Of a stretch of 64,000 nt of DNA, positions 1 through 13,238 are shown piece by piece. The DNA is from Vicugna vicugna. Taxonomy: Eukaryota. The DNA lies in the NCBI GenBank assembly GCA_013265495.1, contig MU058815.1:380523-444522 (forward strand), written 5' to 3'. Position 1 is the stretch's first letter; the number at the start of each line of letters is the position of its first letter. The notes below the pieces were generated by a model that worked only from the letters and a program-made list of their open reading frames with translations, did not search any database and was not told the origin of the DNA. A program made the translations under genes and the position numbers.

Positions 1-234
1 GCTCCTTGAAGGAAAAAACAGACTCCCACTGCTCCCACACCTTTGTGCGAGCACATGCTGCAGTAATCACCACCCCCCTTCCCTGCCTCAACCCCAGCAA
101 GGAGCCTGGTGGTCTGGCTCCGGGGAAATGCCTGCCGCTGGGCAATCAACCAGGCCAGGGGGCGGAGGGGTGGGGCGTGCCTGGGGGAGGCGTCAGCCAG
201 CTGCTGCCCTGCTCCTGCAGGGGTGGGTGTGGGG

Positions 235-256
235 NNNNNNNNNNNNNNNNNNNNNN
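235..256. other. Assembly gap (22 N) inside a G-rich tract
   Basis: Run of N flanked by GGGG/GGGGG runs on both sides. Confidence 0.98.
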
Positions 257-510
257 GCCGGGGGCTGGGGGGCTGGGGAGGCGAGGAGGACCCAGGGCTT
301 ACTTCCCAGATGAAGTATGGTTTATGCCTTTATCGCAGCAAGAATTTAAAAAGCACAGAACAGAACAATTACTGAAGCCTCAGTCACTGTCCATCTTCTC
401 ACAAAGCATCTGATTCCTTCACCCACCGGGCATCTCACAGGGTCATCAATACACACAGAACAGCCATGCCTCCCGTCCTCTGCCCAGAGAGGCCCCGAGG
501 TGGTGCGCAG

Positions 511-667
511 TGAAGTCTGTGTGTCTGTCTGTGTGTGTGTCTGAGTGTCTATATGTATATGCCCCCTGTGTGTCTGTGTTTGTGTGCACGTCCATGTTTG
601 TATATGTGCATACGTATGTCTGTGTTGACTGCCTGTGTGTGTGTCTCTGTGTGCCTGTGTTTGTGTC
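511..667. repeat. Degenerate (TG)n microsatellite
   Basis: tgtgtgtctgtctgtgtgtgtgtct... alternating tract. Confidence 0.9.
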
Positions 668-2467
668 GGGAGCAAGAGGAGCGAGGAGCCACAGGGTAAA
701 CCAGCCTATCTTCCCAGACAGTGGGTTGTTTTTTCAAACTCAAAATTTGGAGGATGGGGATTTCAAACACCAAAACAAACATGGAGATGGAAAAGAGGAG
801 AATGCAAAATTCCTATTAATTTTTATGTAAAAAGGAAAAGAAAGACCGCAAAGACAGCTCTCATCCTTAGGTCTCGGTGCCTGATCTCGGCGCCAATGTA
901 AGAGGCTCACCACCACCGTCTCACCTTCGGGAAGTCAGGAGCCCCGAGTACACCAGCCACCAAGTAGGGGTTCTTGAGCTGCCTGAGCCCCGGCTTCTTC
1001 GTGGATAAGGCAGGGGAGTGGATTCACTCAGAGGAGGGCTGCCTGCATCTTGCAATCGGCTGGGGAATTTGAGCAAGATCAATACCAGAGCCCCACAGAG
1101 AGCAATGAAATCAGAACCTCTCGGCCTGGGACCCCAGGAAATTCCAGGACACGCAGCCAGGACCGAAAAGACAGAACAGACTTGAAAGGGCTGCACACAG
1201 ATGGGATCACACAGAGCCACTGCTGCCACGATCCCCTCCGCCCAGAGTCTGTCCTCTGGGGTTCTGTCTCCCTGGGTAGAGCAGCTGGTGCTCCGGCAAG
1301 GCTGCCTCTATCATGCTCACACACCTGGGCCACTCATGGTACCTGGGGGCAGCGGGGCTGGGATGTTCATTATTTTTCCCCTTGGGGTTTTTGCACAAAC
1401 GTTCCAGCTTCAAACTGGACCTGGGCTCTCCTGACAATCCACCCCCAAGCCCACACCCCCTCCCTCCCCCCTCTCCCCCTCCAGATATAAGCCCGGATGC
1501 CACAGGTCTCTGTCCTCCCCGCCCAGAGGCCAGCCTCTCCAGTCCGCAGACTCCGGCTCCTGGCATTTATGCGTGCCCCATCATGGGCAGCAAAAGCAAT
1601 TTTAGGGAAGTGGTCTGGCGACCTCAGGACGCCCCCAAGGGAAATCTCAAAAGGGAACGGAAACCCTTGCTGTGATCGGGTCTGCACTAGAGATGCGGAT
1701 CCTGGAGGTCTCGGCTTCCAAAAGACGGTGAGGGTCCCCTGAGGAAGGGAGCAGTGCTGGTCCCAGGCCTCGGCATTCAGAGCATGGACACAGAAGAAAA
1801 GCCAGGAGGCGAGACACGGTGGTGCCAGTGGGAGGGGGGAGAGGGCTGTGTCTCCACGTGGAGGCACCTGTCAGAGCAACACGCAGCGGATCCGCCCTGG
1901 GAGAAGCAGAAGAGAAACCACTGTCACTGACAAGGGAGTTGAGCTCTAAACAGAGATGACCTTGGACCAGGGTCAGGTGCATTTTTTGATTAGATGTTGC
2001 CATGTATTAAGAGTTATGCCAAAAAAAAACCTATCAATAAGAGAGTAAGAAATAATAGTTTGGAAATTCCAACCACACCCACGCAGCCGTCCCCCCAGCC
2101 TCCCAGTTCAGCTAATCCAGGAAAAGAGGACTGTCTGCTTACCTGCTTGTGTGTGGCCACAGCAGGTGAAAATTGTCAGAAAAACCAAATTTGGAGGTTT
2201 CCCCTGGGAATGGTGTAACATGCTACAGGTGAGAAATGCCCACAGTTCACTGCGGGGAGGGGTCCCAGAGACCCCGAAAGAGCCCGGCAGTCCTGTCCCC
2301 AGCCCAGAGCAGAGAACGGGCAGGGTGGCTTCAACAGGGTCCCCAAGAGTGACAGTCAAAGGAGCTGCTGCAAACCGTTCACGGGGAGGGTCCGTCACCA
2401 AGCTGCCTTCCCCCCACCCGCCCCGACTCACACCCACGTGGGCACCACGGGTTACTCGGTGGCCAAG

Positions 2468-2835
2468 TGTCTGGGTTCAGCTGTGTCCCCCAAACCCACA
2501 CGATGAAGTCCTAACACCCAGCATCTCAGAAGATGACCCAGTTTGGAGAGAGGGCCTTTACAGAGGTCACCAAGTTAGAATGAGGTCATTACGGTGGGCC
2601 CCAGTCCGAGATGACCCGAGTCCTGACAAACAGGGGAAACCTGGAGACAGGCACACCCGGAGGGAAGGTGCTGTGAAGGCGCAGGAACACGAGAGCCGCC
2701 TGCAGGCCCAGCGGAGAGGCCTCGGAAGAGGCCACCCCTGCGACGCCATCACCTCGGACGTGTGACACAGCGCGCGTCTGCTGTTTACGCTGCCCAGTCC
2801 GAGGCGGGTGCGGGGCGGACCCACACGGCACGTGA
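2468..2835 (+). mobile_element. MaLR solo LTR, MLT1B/C-like
   Basis: Typical MLT1 blocks: tgtgtcccccaaa, gaagtcctaacacccag, gggcctttacagagg, aatgaggtcatt, gagaggcctcggaaga, ctgctgttta. Confidence 0.85.
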
Positions 2836-4842
2836 CGGGCTCTCGTCCTGCTTTGCTACGACTGCCCGGCTTCCCCGTTAGTTAAATGCTTCCCCTCCGT
2901 CTTGGAGCCACTGCCATGCTTTCCGCACTGTCCTGACATCCTGATCTCCCTTCCACCCCCACTGCCTGGTCGCCCAGCACCTGCCCCCTCGGTGACATCT
3001 GCAGGTCTGGCCGCCACCCTCTGGTCCCAGCTCCTGTCCCTCCACCTTCCACGGCCCACGTGCAGATCAGCCCCCCGACTCCACTCACGCAGACGCAGGC
3101 CGGCCTGCCTGGATCTGACCTTCAGTTTCCCACCTCCTCCAGCCTAAGCTTGGCTCAGCCGCTCACTCTGGGACACAAACCCCTCCGCTGGGAAGACCCT
3201 CCCATCTCCATCTCCGGCAAGGACTCCAGCCTTCACTCCAGCAAGGCCGGCATCATTACTCAGCGTCTCCCACGCCAGCCCAGGGCTGAGGACCACGCGT
3301 GCACACGTGCACTTGGTCCCGAGACAGCCTGGTGGGGTGAGGGCAGCTGGATACCCACCATCACCCAAGGAGCCCCACTCCACCCAGCCACGCGATACAG
3401 GCTCTCGGAGCCGGGCTGGCAAGACAGACGGCATCCAGATCCTGGCCCAAGCAGTCAGGAAACAAAGTTCCGTCGCCCAGTGCACTGGAGGCTTCAGTCC
3501 CTGGGAACGATCCAGGGCAGGTCAGGCTGGCGCAGGCCCCCTTCGAGATTTTCTCAAGAGCAGGATGGCATTGAGGTGCCCTGGCTGCCTGCAAGACGCT
3601 TTTGTGCCCTGGAGGGACACGCAGGAAGCTGACAGCACTGAGACGCAGACCCTGTGAAGCCATGCAGCCGACCCACCGGTCTTCATGGAGACAGTGGCCA
3701 CCTGCCCACACCTCCCAGGACACAATGAGACCCACACGCTGCCCACCGAGGGCCAGGCCAGGGTCTCTACGTGCATCTTCTCATGCAGGTCACCCGCAGT
3801 GGCACCTGCTCTTGGGTCTCCTGGGATGCCCGTCCAGCAGGGCACAGCCCAAGGGCACAGGGTCAGGGAGTGGGGGTGCTCAGGACGGCTCAGGGTCAGT
3901 CCAGCTTCCACGAGAGGAACCGAAGGGTGTGCCGAGCTCAGGAGAACAGACACGGGGGCGAGAAAGGTCTGAGGTGCAGGAACGGCTGAAAAAGTCCCAC
4001 GGGGAGGGAACAGCACAGCCTGCAAACAATTTCATAAAATATGTGCGTGTGGGCGGCAGCGAGATCAGGAGATGCGGCTTAACATCACCGGCTGCTGGAC
4101 CTGGCTGTTTGTGTGTGTCTGCTGTTCTTTCAACTTTCTTGCGTACTTGAAAACGTTCAGCATCACAAGGTGAGGGAAAATACACAAAGGCCCACGTCGG
4201 CAGGGTGGCAATGAATCAACCGGATTCCATTCAGTCAGGTCAGGTTCTCAGGGGAAGTCTGGATGTGGAACACCCGCCAAGCTCCCGATGCACGAGGCTT
4301 CCCAGTCTCCTGAGTTCCCTACATTCCGCACCTGCTGGATTCATGGCAGCGCCTCTAAGAGCCTCCCAGCTTGTGGCCCCTCTTCCCTGCTGCCCTCAGG
4401 TTCCCCAGCCTGGCTCTTAGACAGCAGGTCTCCCACAACGAGCTGTCAGCTCACAGCAATGCCACGCGGTGCCCGGGAGAAGAGAAGACGGAGGTCTCCA
4501 GAAGGTGCATCTGCCAGACAACATCACACGCTCCCTGGAATCGTCACGAGCGCCGTGCAGGAGATACCGATGCTGGCATCTCACAGATCCAGAGGGGTCC
4601 TCAGGAAGGGGAACGGGTGGCAGGGCCTCATGGAAGTGGCAGCTGGGCACTGAATGCAGGGGGACCTGATACAAGCCTGTGAAATCTCCACGCCCCCTCG
4701 CTCTGCTGTGCACACCGGGCCCTCCCCACTCGAAGTCAGGCCCCCGGGTCCGCCCTGCGGACTCGCGTGCGCTGGATGCTGGGCTTGGCCAAGCCCAGGA
4801 ATGCGTGTGAAGGGCGTCCCTCTGCGGGACACGGTGCATTCA

Positions 4843-5124
4843 CAAATCTACTTACAGAAACCAAACTTACGGTTACCAAAGAGGAAAAAGGTGGGGAGGG
4901 ATAAATTAGGACTTTGGGATCAGCAAATACAAGTTCCTATATATAAAACAGATAAATAACAAGGTCCTACTGTACGGCACAGAGGACGCTATTCAATATC
5001 CTGTAGCAACCTAGAATGAAAAAGAATATGAAAAAGAATGTATATCTGTATAATTGAATCACTACACTGTACACCAGAAACTAACACAACATTGTGAGTC
5101 AGTTATACGTCAATTGAGAAAAAA
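4843..5124 (+). mobile_element. L1 3' UTR end (artiodactyl-type), 5'-truncated
   Basis: ggttaccaaagagg...gggataaattagga...aacaaggtcctactgtacggcacag...tgtacaccagaaactaacacaacattgt followed by an A-rich tail. Confidence 0.9.
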
Positions 5125-6615
5125 GTCCATAGGAAGAGAGAGGAGAGGGAAAGAGACTTTGAAATCATTTGCCAAAAATGCAGAGGGAAAAAGCGGATGA
5201 CTGAAATGAAACCCAGTCCTGACGTTCACCAGCTTAACACCAAAAATGTGGGAGGCAGGCACACTGAGGGAGGGCCCCCCACCCCCGCTGCAGCAGCGGT
5301 CCGCTGATCCTGGCATGTGGCGCCCCGGTTTCCTTGACAAGAAACAGGGCATCGGGGCGAGACACACAGCTCTCACCAGGCAGGACGTGAGACCTGTCCC
5401 TGCGTTCTGCAGCGAGCCCATGTGTTTGCAATTTGGAAGCCCGCCCTGCCGGGGCTGGGGGAGGCCTCTTGCCAGCCATCAGTTCTTCTCTTCCAAAACG
5501 AGGCCCCTGAACCCGGCAAACAGCACTTCCCACAGGGCACCCCAGTCCTCTGGCCTCCAGGAAATGAAGGGAAGAGGGGGCACTGGGCTCAGTCACGTGT
5601 CCCAAGTCAGACAGGCCACATGGCTGAGCGTCTGAAAGTTTCTTTGTGGCCTCATGGAAGCCAGTGACAAATAACATGTGTCTCTCAGACGTGGGGGACA
5701 ACAGGAAAAGCACACACATCTGTTTCCACCCCGGCAACGGGTCTGCAATACACAGAAGCCCTTAAAACAGGCCCGCCTCCCCGGATGTGGAAGGAAAGGC
5801 TTCGGTGATCCTGCGAGACTGGGGGCCAGCAATAGAGTCACAACCTCACTTGGGCCGCTCGCCCCCAAACAAGAGCAGGTGCTGGGAGGTGCGAGGCAGC
5901 ACGTCCGGGACAGGCCCAGGCCCCACTCCCGGCCTGAGCATCCGGGAGTCGGGGGTCAGGCTTTGCAAGCTGGCTGCCCAACCGGCAGGTCCCGCCACCC
6001 ACATTTAACTCGCCTCTGATGACTCTGTGGGGGAAAATGGGAAACAGAAAACAAAGTTGCTGAGAAACCATCTTGAGATCTTGCCCTTGAGACCTGGAGG
6101 GCGGCCACTGCCCCGTGATTGATAAAGAATTCTACTGGGACATCCGGCCCGAGACCTGGGAGGGGAGGGGAGGAGTGGGCAGCTTCGAAGAAACCACCCA
6201 ACTCCCACGTTTGGGGATGCACACGCCCCGCCCCCAGCAAGGGATGCGGCCCCCCACCACATGGCGTATTTTCTGTATCACAGGACTTTTGAATCAGCTC
6301 TGAATGGGACTGTGAGAAGAGAAGCAGTAATTTAGCAAAGCCACAGAGCATCCTCAGAGTTTCTCCACCGCCACAAACTGCTGACGTGGACAAACACCCT
6401 GATTTTTGAGCAGAGCAAAGAAAGAGAAGGTCCTGCCAAGACACCAGTGACAGGCACGCTGGCTCATGAAGCCAGCCATGACCCACAGGCGCGAGGGAGA
6501 GCGCCTCTCGGGTCCTCTCCCTTGTGGCTTCTATGAGACTCCAACTGGACGGGAAAGTGGGGAAGGTGCTGGCCCCCAGCCGCTAGGAAGTAACTGCCAT
6601 CCTATGTTTTGAGGG

Positions 6616-6775
6616 TTTTTTTAAATTTTTTGTTTGTTTTATTTTGGGGGCGGGGGAGTAATTAGGTTTTAAAATTTATTTATCTTTTTTTTTTTAATGG
6701 AGGTACTGGGGATTGAACCCAGGACCTCATGCACACTAGGCACGCGCTCTACCGCTGAGCTATACCCTGCCCCCC
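6616..6775 (-). mobile_element. tRNA-Ala-derived camelid SINE (vic-1-like)
   Basis: Reverse complement reads gggtatagctcagcggtagagcgcgtgcctagtgtgcatgaggtcctgggttcaatccccagtacctcca, then an A-rich linker, acctaattac and a poly(A) tail. Confidence 0.93.
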
Positions 6776-7554
6776 ATCCTATGGTTTTGCTCCCTGGGTT
6801 CAAATCCAGCCCAGGCAAGTGTGAGCGGGTGACAGCCACGCCCAGGGAGGCTGCGTGCCCCAGGCCATCCATAAAGAGAAGACACCTCCCACGGTGAAGT
6901 GCACACGTGTGGATCAGAGCCCTGCAGGTAGCCGTCCACCTACACTGCTTATTATTTTATTTTTGTGCCCATCCATGCCCCACCCATACTCCGAGTCCCA
7001 TTTCTTATGTTTCATGGTATTTTTAACCCTGACACACTCACAGCTTTCTTTGTATTACAACCAAAGTGCTCCTAAAAACAAACAAACAAACAGAAAAAGC
7101 CCCAGAATATATCATGGTTAAATTCCACAACCTTGCAACTGTACCCAGTAAGTTGTCAGCAGAAACCCATGGCTAATTCATGGGTCAAGCAAATGATCTC
7201 TTGTATGCAAACAAGCAGTAATTACTGCGTCTGTAAATTACTGTGCGTGTGACATTTTGAGCAGGGGAGTCCACGGAGTTTCTTTCCAACTTTGTTCTAA
7301 TTACGAAAATCTAAAATCAGCTTTTATAAAAAATCGGAAAAGTACTGAAAAGCAGAAAGAAAGAACACACCATTCACCTGCCACTCTCTGACCCAGACCA
7401 AGCCAGTATTAAAATTTTGGTGCATATCGCTCCAGCTTCCCCAATTAGATACATGCTATCTACGGACACAAACACTTTTTGTTACAAGGCTGGAGTTATT
7501 TCCTAAATTGAGCCTTCTGTGACTGTATCATTGAGTGTGTTACATTATTACATT

Positions 7555-7672
7555 CCTCCCTGGACTCTGCGCTATAAGGAGCGGAGTCCTTCTAAACGGT
7601 TACAACGGATCCTGGGAGTTTGGGACACTGCCTGGTGGCATATTAAGCACTCAGTATGTCTTAGTTGAACAG
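7555..7672 (+). mobile_element. L2 3' end fragment
   Basis: ggactctgcgctataaggagc...cactgcctggtggcatattaagcactcagtatgtcttagttgaa resembles the L2 terminus. Confidence 0.5.
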
Positions 7673-8410
7673 ATATTACGTTGTAAGATTTTTTTTTCCA
7701 TATTATAGATAACATTGTATTATGAAGATTTTGCTGTCTCATTAATTATTCTCAGAAAAATGTGATTTCTTTAAAAATGTCTACAAAACAGCTCCCTATG
7801 TGTACGTGGCTTACGAGGTTGACTTAACCCTCCTCCAGCTACTGAACACTCAGACTGTTTCTCATCGTTAACTGTACCAAATAAAGCTACGATAAACATC
7901 CTTGTCCATACATCCTTAGTTACTTCTCTCTCCATATGCTCTGGAAGTGAAAGTACAAAGATGGGGGTAAAGAGGGTGGTCCCGTTAACACACTGATCAG
8001 CAGCGTGTAAACCTGTAATTTTCCAAAACCTCGCAATTTGACAGCCAAAAAGTAGCCCATCATTAAGTTGAACTCCTATTTCTGGACTTTGAAGGATTCT
8101 GAGGATGGTTACATCTCTATCCCCCATTAGGGCTTTTCTTCTGTGAACTTACCAGTGTCCTTCGTCTGCTCACCTATGGGTTATCATCATTTGGGGGCAG
8201 CACCGCATTGTTTTAGCGTTTGCAGCTTTACAACACGTTTTTAAACATAGTGAAAAATCTCCTTTTACCACTTTTCATACGCAAATTTTCTTGGCCATTT
8301 AACCATTTCTTTAATCTTTCAGATACGCCATGGGGTCATTTTGTCCAGTGTCCTCCCCCCTCCCCCCGCCAAAGTCCCCCAAAGTGGGATGTGGACTGAG
8401 ATGATTTTAA

Positions 8411-8476
8411 TTGGCAGGGGGAGGTAATTAGGTTTTATTTTATTTTTAGAGGAGGTATTGGGGATTGAACCCAGGA
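8411..8476 (-). mobile_element. 5'-truncated vic-1-like SINE with target-site duplication (TSD)
   Basis: ggaggtaattaggtttt...ggaggtattggggattgaacccagga; flanked by ggactgagatgattttaa (8393-8410) and ggattgagatgactttaa (8474-8491). Confidence 0.88.
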
Positions 8477-11023
8477 TTGAGATGACTTTAAATGTTTGCT
8501 ACTCTGAGAAGAGCTGACATCTTCAAAACATCATCTTCCAGAGAATGAATAAATTACTGTCCTTTGAAAAACACTGCATTATTCTGACATGCCTTCGTAT
8601 CGCTTGGTAAAGTTTTTAGGTTACTTCAAGAGAACCCACACTTCTTTTTCATGATATGATGGTGTGGTTGACCTGGCTTTGCTTTTCACAGTCGAATTTC
8701 CACCCCCCATACAGCTTCTGATTATGGGTGATATAGAAGGAAAGCCTTTCCAAATTTATTTTTTCCAAATGCACTAATGAATTCATTCATTCTAACATTT
8801 TTTTAGTCTATTCACTTGGACTTTTAAGATACTCAGTCTCGTACGATCCATTAAATCTCCCTTCCTTTCTGTTTCATGTCTTAGTACATTGGCAAGACTT
8901 GCAAAGCAACATCAGGGAAGGCTGTTTTAACTGGCCTTGTTATTAATGCAAGTATCCAGGTTACGCCACTGATACTTGCTTTTAGTTTGGCACAGATATT
9001 AACTGACATTATAAAAAATTATCCTTCTATCTCTAGTTCCCTATGGTTTTATAAAATGAGAAATAGGTGATTGATTTTCTTAAAAGCCTTTTGAGTACCT
9101 CATAATCTCACTATTTATAATGTCTAAATGATTATAGACATCAGAAAGTAAACACAAGCTGAAAATGAGGGAGGATTTCATTCTCAAATGACCTCAAGGT
9201 AGAACTTAAATACATATTAACTCACCATTGTCACACGGTCCCACTGTCTGCACGTGCGGCCACTCCTCCGAAGTGCATTCAGAGTGAGACAGATGAATGA
9301 ACGCTCTGTGCCATCCTTATAAACGTAGGGCCACATTCACAGGCATGTCTGTAATTACACACAGGCATCTCGGAGCAGGCGGCAAGCTCTGGTGTCATCT
9401 GGGAGTACGTCCGGGTACCAAGGAACCACCCGAAAGGAAATTTTAAATAATGAGAGCAGGGAGGGATGAAATGAAGGCACAGCCTTATTCCGGAACACAG
9501 GTCAGCCGACACCTTCTTACCAGCATGATCAGGATGTGGAGATGGTCGGTTCACGGAAGCCAAAGACGGCAAGCGGAGAAATCGTAAGAAGTGACGTCCC
9601 TACAGTGAAGACTTTACTGTAAGCTAAAGCGCAGAAATGAACCCTCATTAATCCACCTACTGAAGTGGAGCCCAGGCCCTCTCTTGGAGTAAAAAGAAAT
9701 CTGCTGATTTCTGTTTACATTAATTTCTTCACAAATCCCATATACGGTAATATTTATCATCGATTTCCTGGTTGGGTTTTCCTGAAGCCACGTGTTTACA
9801 TACACCTGTGACACTGAATACAAAACCCGGATCAATTTTCATGACGACCTAACACCGAAATCAACAGAGAGGTTTTCACTCGTTTTTCCCACCGCGTGCC
9901 TTCAGAGCATTCAACGTGAGTTCCCCTTTCTCTGCGTGGTGGACTCACGAGCTATGCAATTACGCTTACGTGCGGGTGGTAAAAGACACAGCTTCCACGA
10001 GCAGGTTTGGGAAGACCCCTGACCGACAGCACACAGCCCCACTCGCGGGAGCAGATGTGTGCAGACTTTGGGGAGAGGAACTCGGCAGCCCCGGGCAACC
10101 ATCAGTTTATTTACACAGGAAATGGGACTTCTAGTTAATTTTGCAGCCATTAAAAAGAATAAGGAAGAATTACACAACCAACCCTTGAAGTAAACGATGT
10201 TTATGTTACAATATTCGGAGAAAAAAGAGTTTCCCCTAAAAAGTTAATGTGAACACTCCAAACATACACACACACGCACAAACACAGAGGTTTTGTATAC
10301 ACAGAGGAATCAAGTTTGGAAAGACAGACACCAGACTGTTACCAGTAACTATATTTATCTGAGAAATCGGAAAGCAGAAATTAACATCACACACTGTTTT
10401 CGATTTTAATTTTTTTTAATTCATACTATTACTTTTGCAGCATAGGTTTGTTTTTAGGAAAAAGAAAGTGTGCAGGAGTCGCATTTTGGGGGCGAACAAA
10501 TCAAACGACTTTCCTGGAAGGAACCGGTAGAGTTCGGTTGGAATGAATCAAGGACTTCACGCCACCACTGCATCCGTGAGCATGAGGTCGCTCCTGTAAG
10601 TAGGCAGGCAAAGCGACTTCGGGCCAGGTGCGCACCCCAAAGAGAGGTGGGCCCCGTCTCCCCTCCAGGCGAAAAGAGGCCACGTGGAACCGATCGTGCC
10701 CCTGACTCTAGAAAGGGGATCCCAACCAGGACTCCCCAGACCAAAGACACTGCGCACAGCGCTGGGCTCAGGTCTTCTGCCCGGTGTGGACTTCCGAACT
10801 GACCATTTGGTGATCGTGACCAGTCACCGCAGGGCTGATCTGGTAAAACTGAGGTGAAGAATGGAAAGAGCCCAAGTGAGGCACTCACCGTGGCCAGGAC
10901 ATCGTGGGGTGCTGGTCCCATCTGCGTTGTTACAGGAAGTGGGGGGTGTTTCTTAGACTGACATCGATTCTGTTTTCTACATTAAAATTTAAACCTTGTA
11001 GTTAGCTATGGAGGAAAGCTGAC

Positions 11024-11182
11024 GGGGGGGAGGGGGGTATGGCTTAGGCGCCAGAGCACATGCTTAGCATGCACAAGGTCCTGGGTTCAATGCCCAGTAC
11101 CTTCTCCAAAAAATAAATACATAAATTAGTAAACCTAATTAACTTCCCCCAAAAAACTTTTTTAAAAAAGAAAAGAAGAAAG
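11024..11182 (+). mobile_element. vic-1-like tRNA-Ala SINE
   Basis: ggggggtatggcttag...gagcacatgcttagcatgcacaaggtcctgggttcaatgcccagtacc, acctaattaac, A-tail; agctgac repeated on both flanks. Confidence 0.92.
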
Positions 11183-11967
11183 AGCTGACAATTAAAAAGA
11201 GAAAGATCAATGAGACAAATTAGCATTAATTAGCATCTCTGTTCAGGCGGACACAGCGTGCTCCCCGCTCACATCCCCTCATCACGGTCGGGTCCACGTG
11301 GCCGGCCCATTCAACCAAAGAAGAAGGTGTGTGCTGTGTGTGATTACCAGCCATCACCTGCTGGCTCTAAGGAGGGGGGTCACGCCAGAAGATTTGGGTG
11401 GGCCTGGCTGATCAGCTGCCCAGCCTCTGGGCAGGGCGGAGCATCCCCCCCCACACACAGGAGGAAGGCGCCCAGCTGTGTGTGGGCAGCAGCCTCCGCA
11501 GGAGCCAGAGTCCAGCCCTGCCCCCCGGCCTGCCCGACGACGGGTCTCCACTTGCCCGTCCTCCACTTGCCAGGCGATGCTCCGGGCCAGTTCCCCACGG
11601 TCAGTCTCTTCTTGTGTGTCTCCTACCAGTTCTCTTTCTCTTGTTGGACCCTAACTAATGCACTCCCCAAATCACTCCCGAACAACATAGAAACAGAAAT
11701 GCAATCTTCATCTTGGGGGAGACCAGGAGCCCCTGCAGGCCTGAATCTCAGTGGAAAAGGGGCTCTGGGTGGGTGAGGAGCGGCCCCGGCTGCACACAGC
11801 TCTCCTGGGAGGAGCCGCCCCACACCTCCAGACTTGAAAAGCGCAACCTGGGCCTGGGTACAGGCATGGATGGATTCCCCCCCAGGAGCCCAGAAGAGGA
11901 GCAGGGGAGGCGGGCGAGTGCATCACGCCCACATCGCAGCTCCCCAGCCCTGCCCCAACCACCACCA

Positions 11968-12020
11968 CATCCCCTCCCAGTACACGGCCGCATCCCCTCC
12001 CAGTACACGGACGCATCCTC
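11968..12020. repeat. 23-bp tandem repeat, about 2.3 copies
   Basis: catcccctcccagtacacggccg / catcccctcccagtacacggacg / catcctc. Confidence 0.9.
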
Positions 12021-13176
12021 TGGGCGCTCCGGAGCCCTGGTGCCCCTCTGGCACCCACACATCCGGCTCTGAGCACAGTCTCTTAGGGCCTCCCCTCCTG
12101 TGGGAGCACAGCCCGAGTCCCACCCCAGCCTACGGACCCCGTGGGACCTGACCATCACCCGCAGCGACTCCTGTCCTGCCAGCCTTCCCCGGATCCACTC
12201 TGCTGGGCCCCACGCTGGGAGAGTGGACTCAAGTGCCCTCCTCCCCACGAGCTGAGAGAGAGCTCCTCAGGCCCTGCTGCTTAGGTTTGAACACCCTGAT
12301 CAGACCCACTTTTCCCCAGCCCAGCATCTTTGTGTGAGCAGGATTTCTCCCCGTGGTCCTGCCGCCAGCCTCAGGCGTTGCTAGCTGAGGTCAGGAACTG
12401 TCCCAGAGGGGCCTGGAGAGGGGCTGGCCCCTCATCCAGAGATGCAGGGCTGTAAATGTCATCCAGATTCCACTGCAGCTGATGAATGGAAAGTAAAAAT
12501 CCATCTCGGGTTGCAAACTGATCTCCATGACAAGACCAGTAAATCATCTTGTTACCCTGAGAGAAAGGCACAGCCTGGGCTCAGGGGACGGGACTGGGAG
12601 CAGCGGGCACCTGGCGTGGGCGCCGGAGCAGGCGTAGCTCCCTTGGGGCACCCCCTCCCTCCTGCCGCCCATCAATCTCCCTTCACCAGCTCCTTGGAGG
12701 CCACCAGGTCTGCTTCCCCCAGTTGGAATCTGCCACGCGGAGCTCACTGGACGGCTGCTTGCTCTTAAAGCCAGCCCTGCCTGAAGGGCCATTGTGTCTT
12801 GTGCTTTATTTTTTAATCCAGCCACTGAGCAAACGTGAATCCTGACCTGGTGCTGATGTGTGTTCTGTCTGAATTGTCCACCTCCCAACCAAGCCTCCCA
12901 CGTGGAGACATGGGGAGAAAAGGTGCCCCCAGCACAGGTCCGCGGGGCTGCTCTTTAAGGCCGAGCAAAGCAAAAGTCAGCAAGATTTATGTTCCAGCTT
13001 TTTAAAAAAAAAAACAAAACCACGACGCTGGGTAATGGACCCATCTACCCAAACACTTAAAATTCCAAAATGAAAAAGTGGTGTGGAATAGAGCTTTTAA
13101 AGCCTTCTCAGAACCTATGGGTCCCAAGCGAAAGCCCCTGGGACTTGGGGGCCCAGAAAAATTTTTTTTGAGTCCT

Positions 13177-13238
13177 GGAAGGAAGGAAGGAAGGAAGGAA
13201 GGAAGGAAGGAAGGAAGGAAGGAAGGAAGGAAGGAAGG
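13177..13238. repeat. (GGAA)n microsatellite, about 15 units
   Basis: Uninterrupted ggaa repeats. Confidence 0.97.

Larger units (their letters stand above)
7320..9120 (-). mobile_element. Old L1 (L1ME/L1M-type) ORF2 and 3' fragments
   Basis: ORF 7771-8127(-) contains KDVWTRMFIVALF, matching the L1 ORF2 C-terminal motif [14 protein letters not shown]-rich antisense L1 blocks continue to about 9.1 kb; boundaries approximate. Confidence 0.7.

Noticed and set aside
2151..2765. 204-aa plus-strand ORF
   Set aside because: Runs through an MLT1 LTR; no homology recognised
6697..6770. tRNA-Ala gene calls here and at 11.0, 26.2, 26.6 and 51.5 kb
   Set aside because: Each continues into the SINE linker (acctaattac) and A-tail, often with a TSD, so they are SINEs rather than tRNA genes
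9225..9630. Two further minus-strand exon-like units (donors ATG|gtgagt near 9225 and CTG|gtaaga near 9520)
   Set aside because: Acceptors are ambiguous and most frames are closed; indistinguishable from pseudo-exons
11968..12020. CRISPR-like repeat
   Set aside because: Contiguous tandem duplication with no spacers, in a mammalian genome
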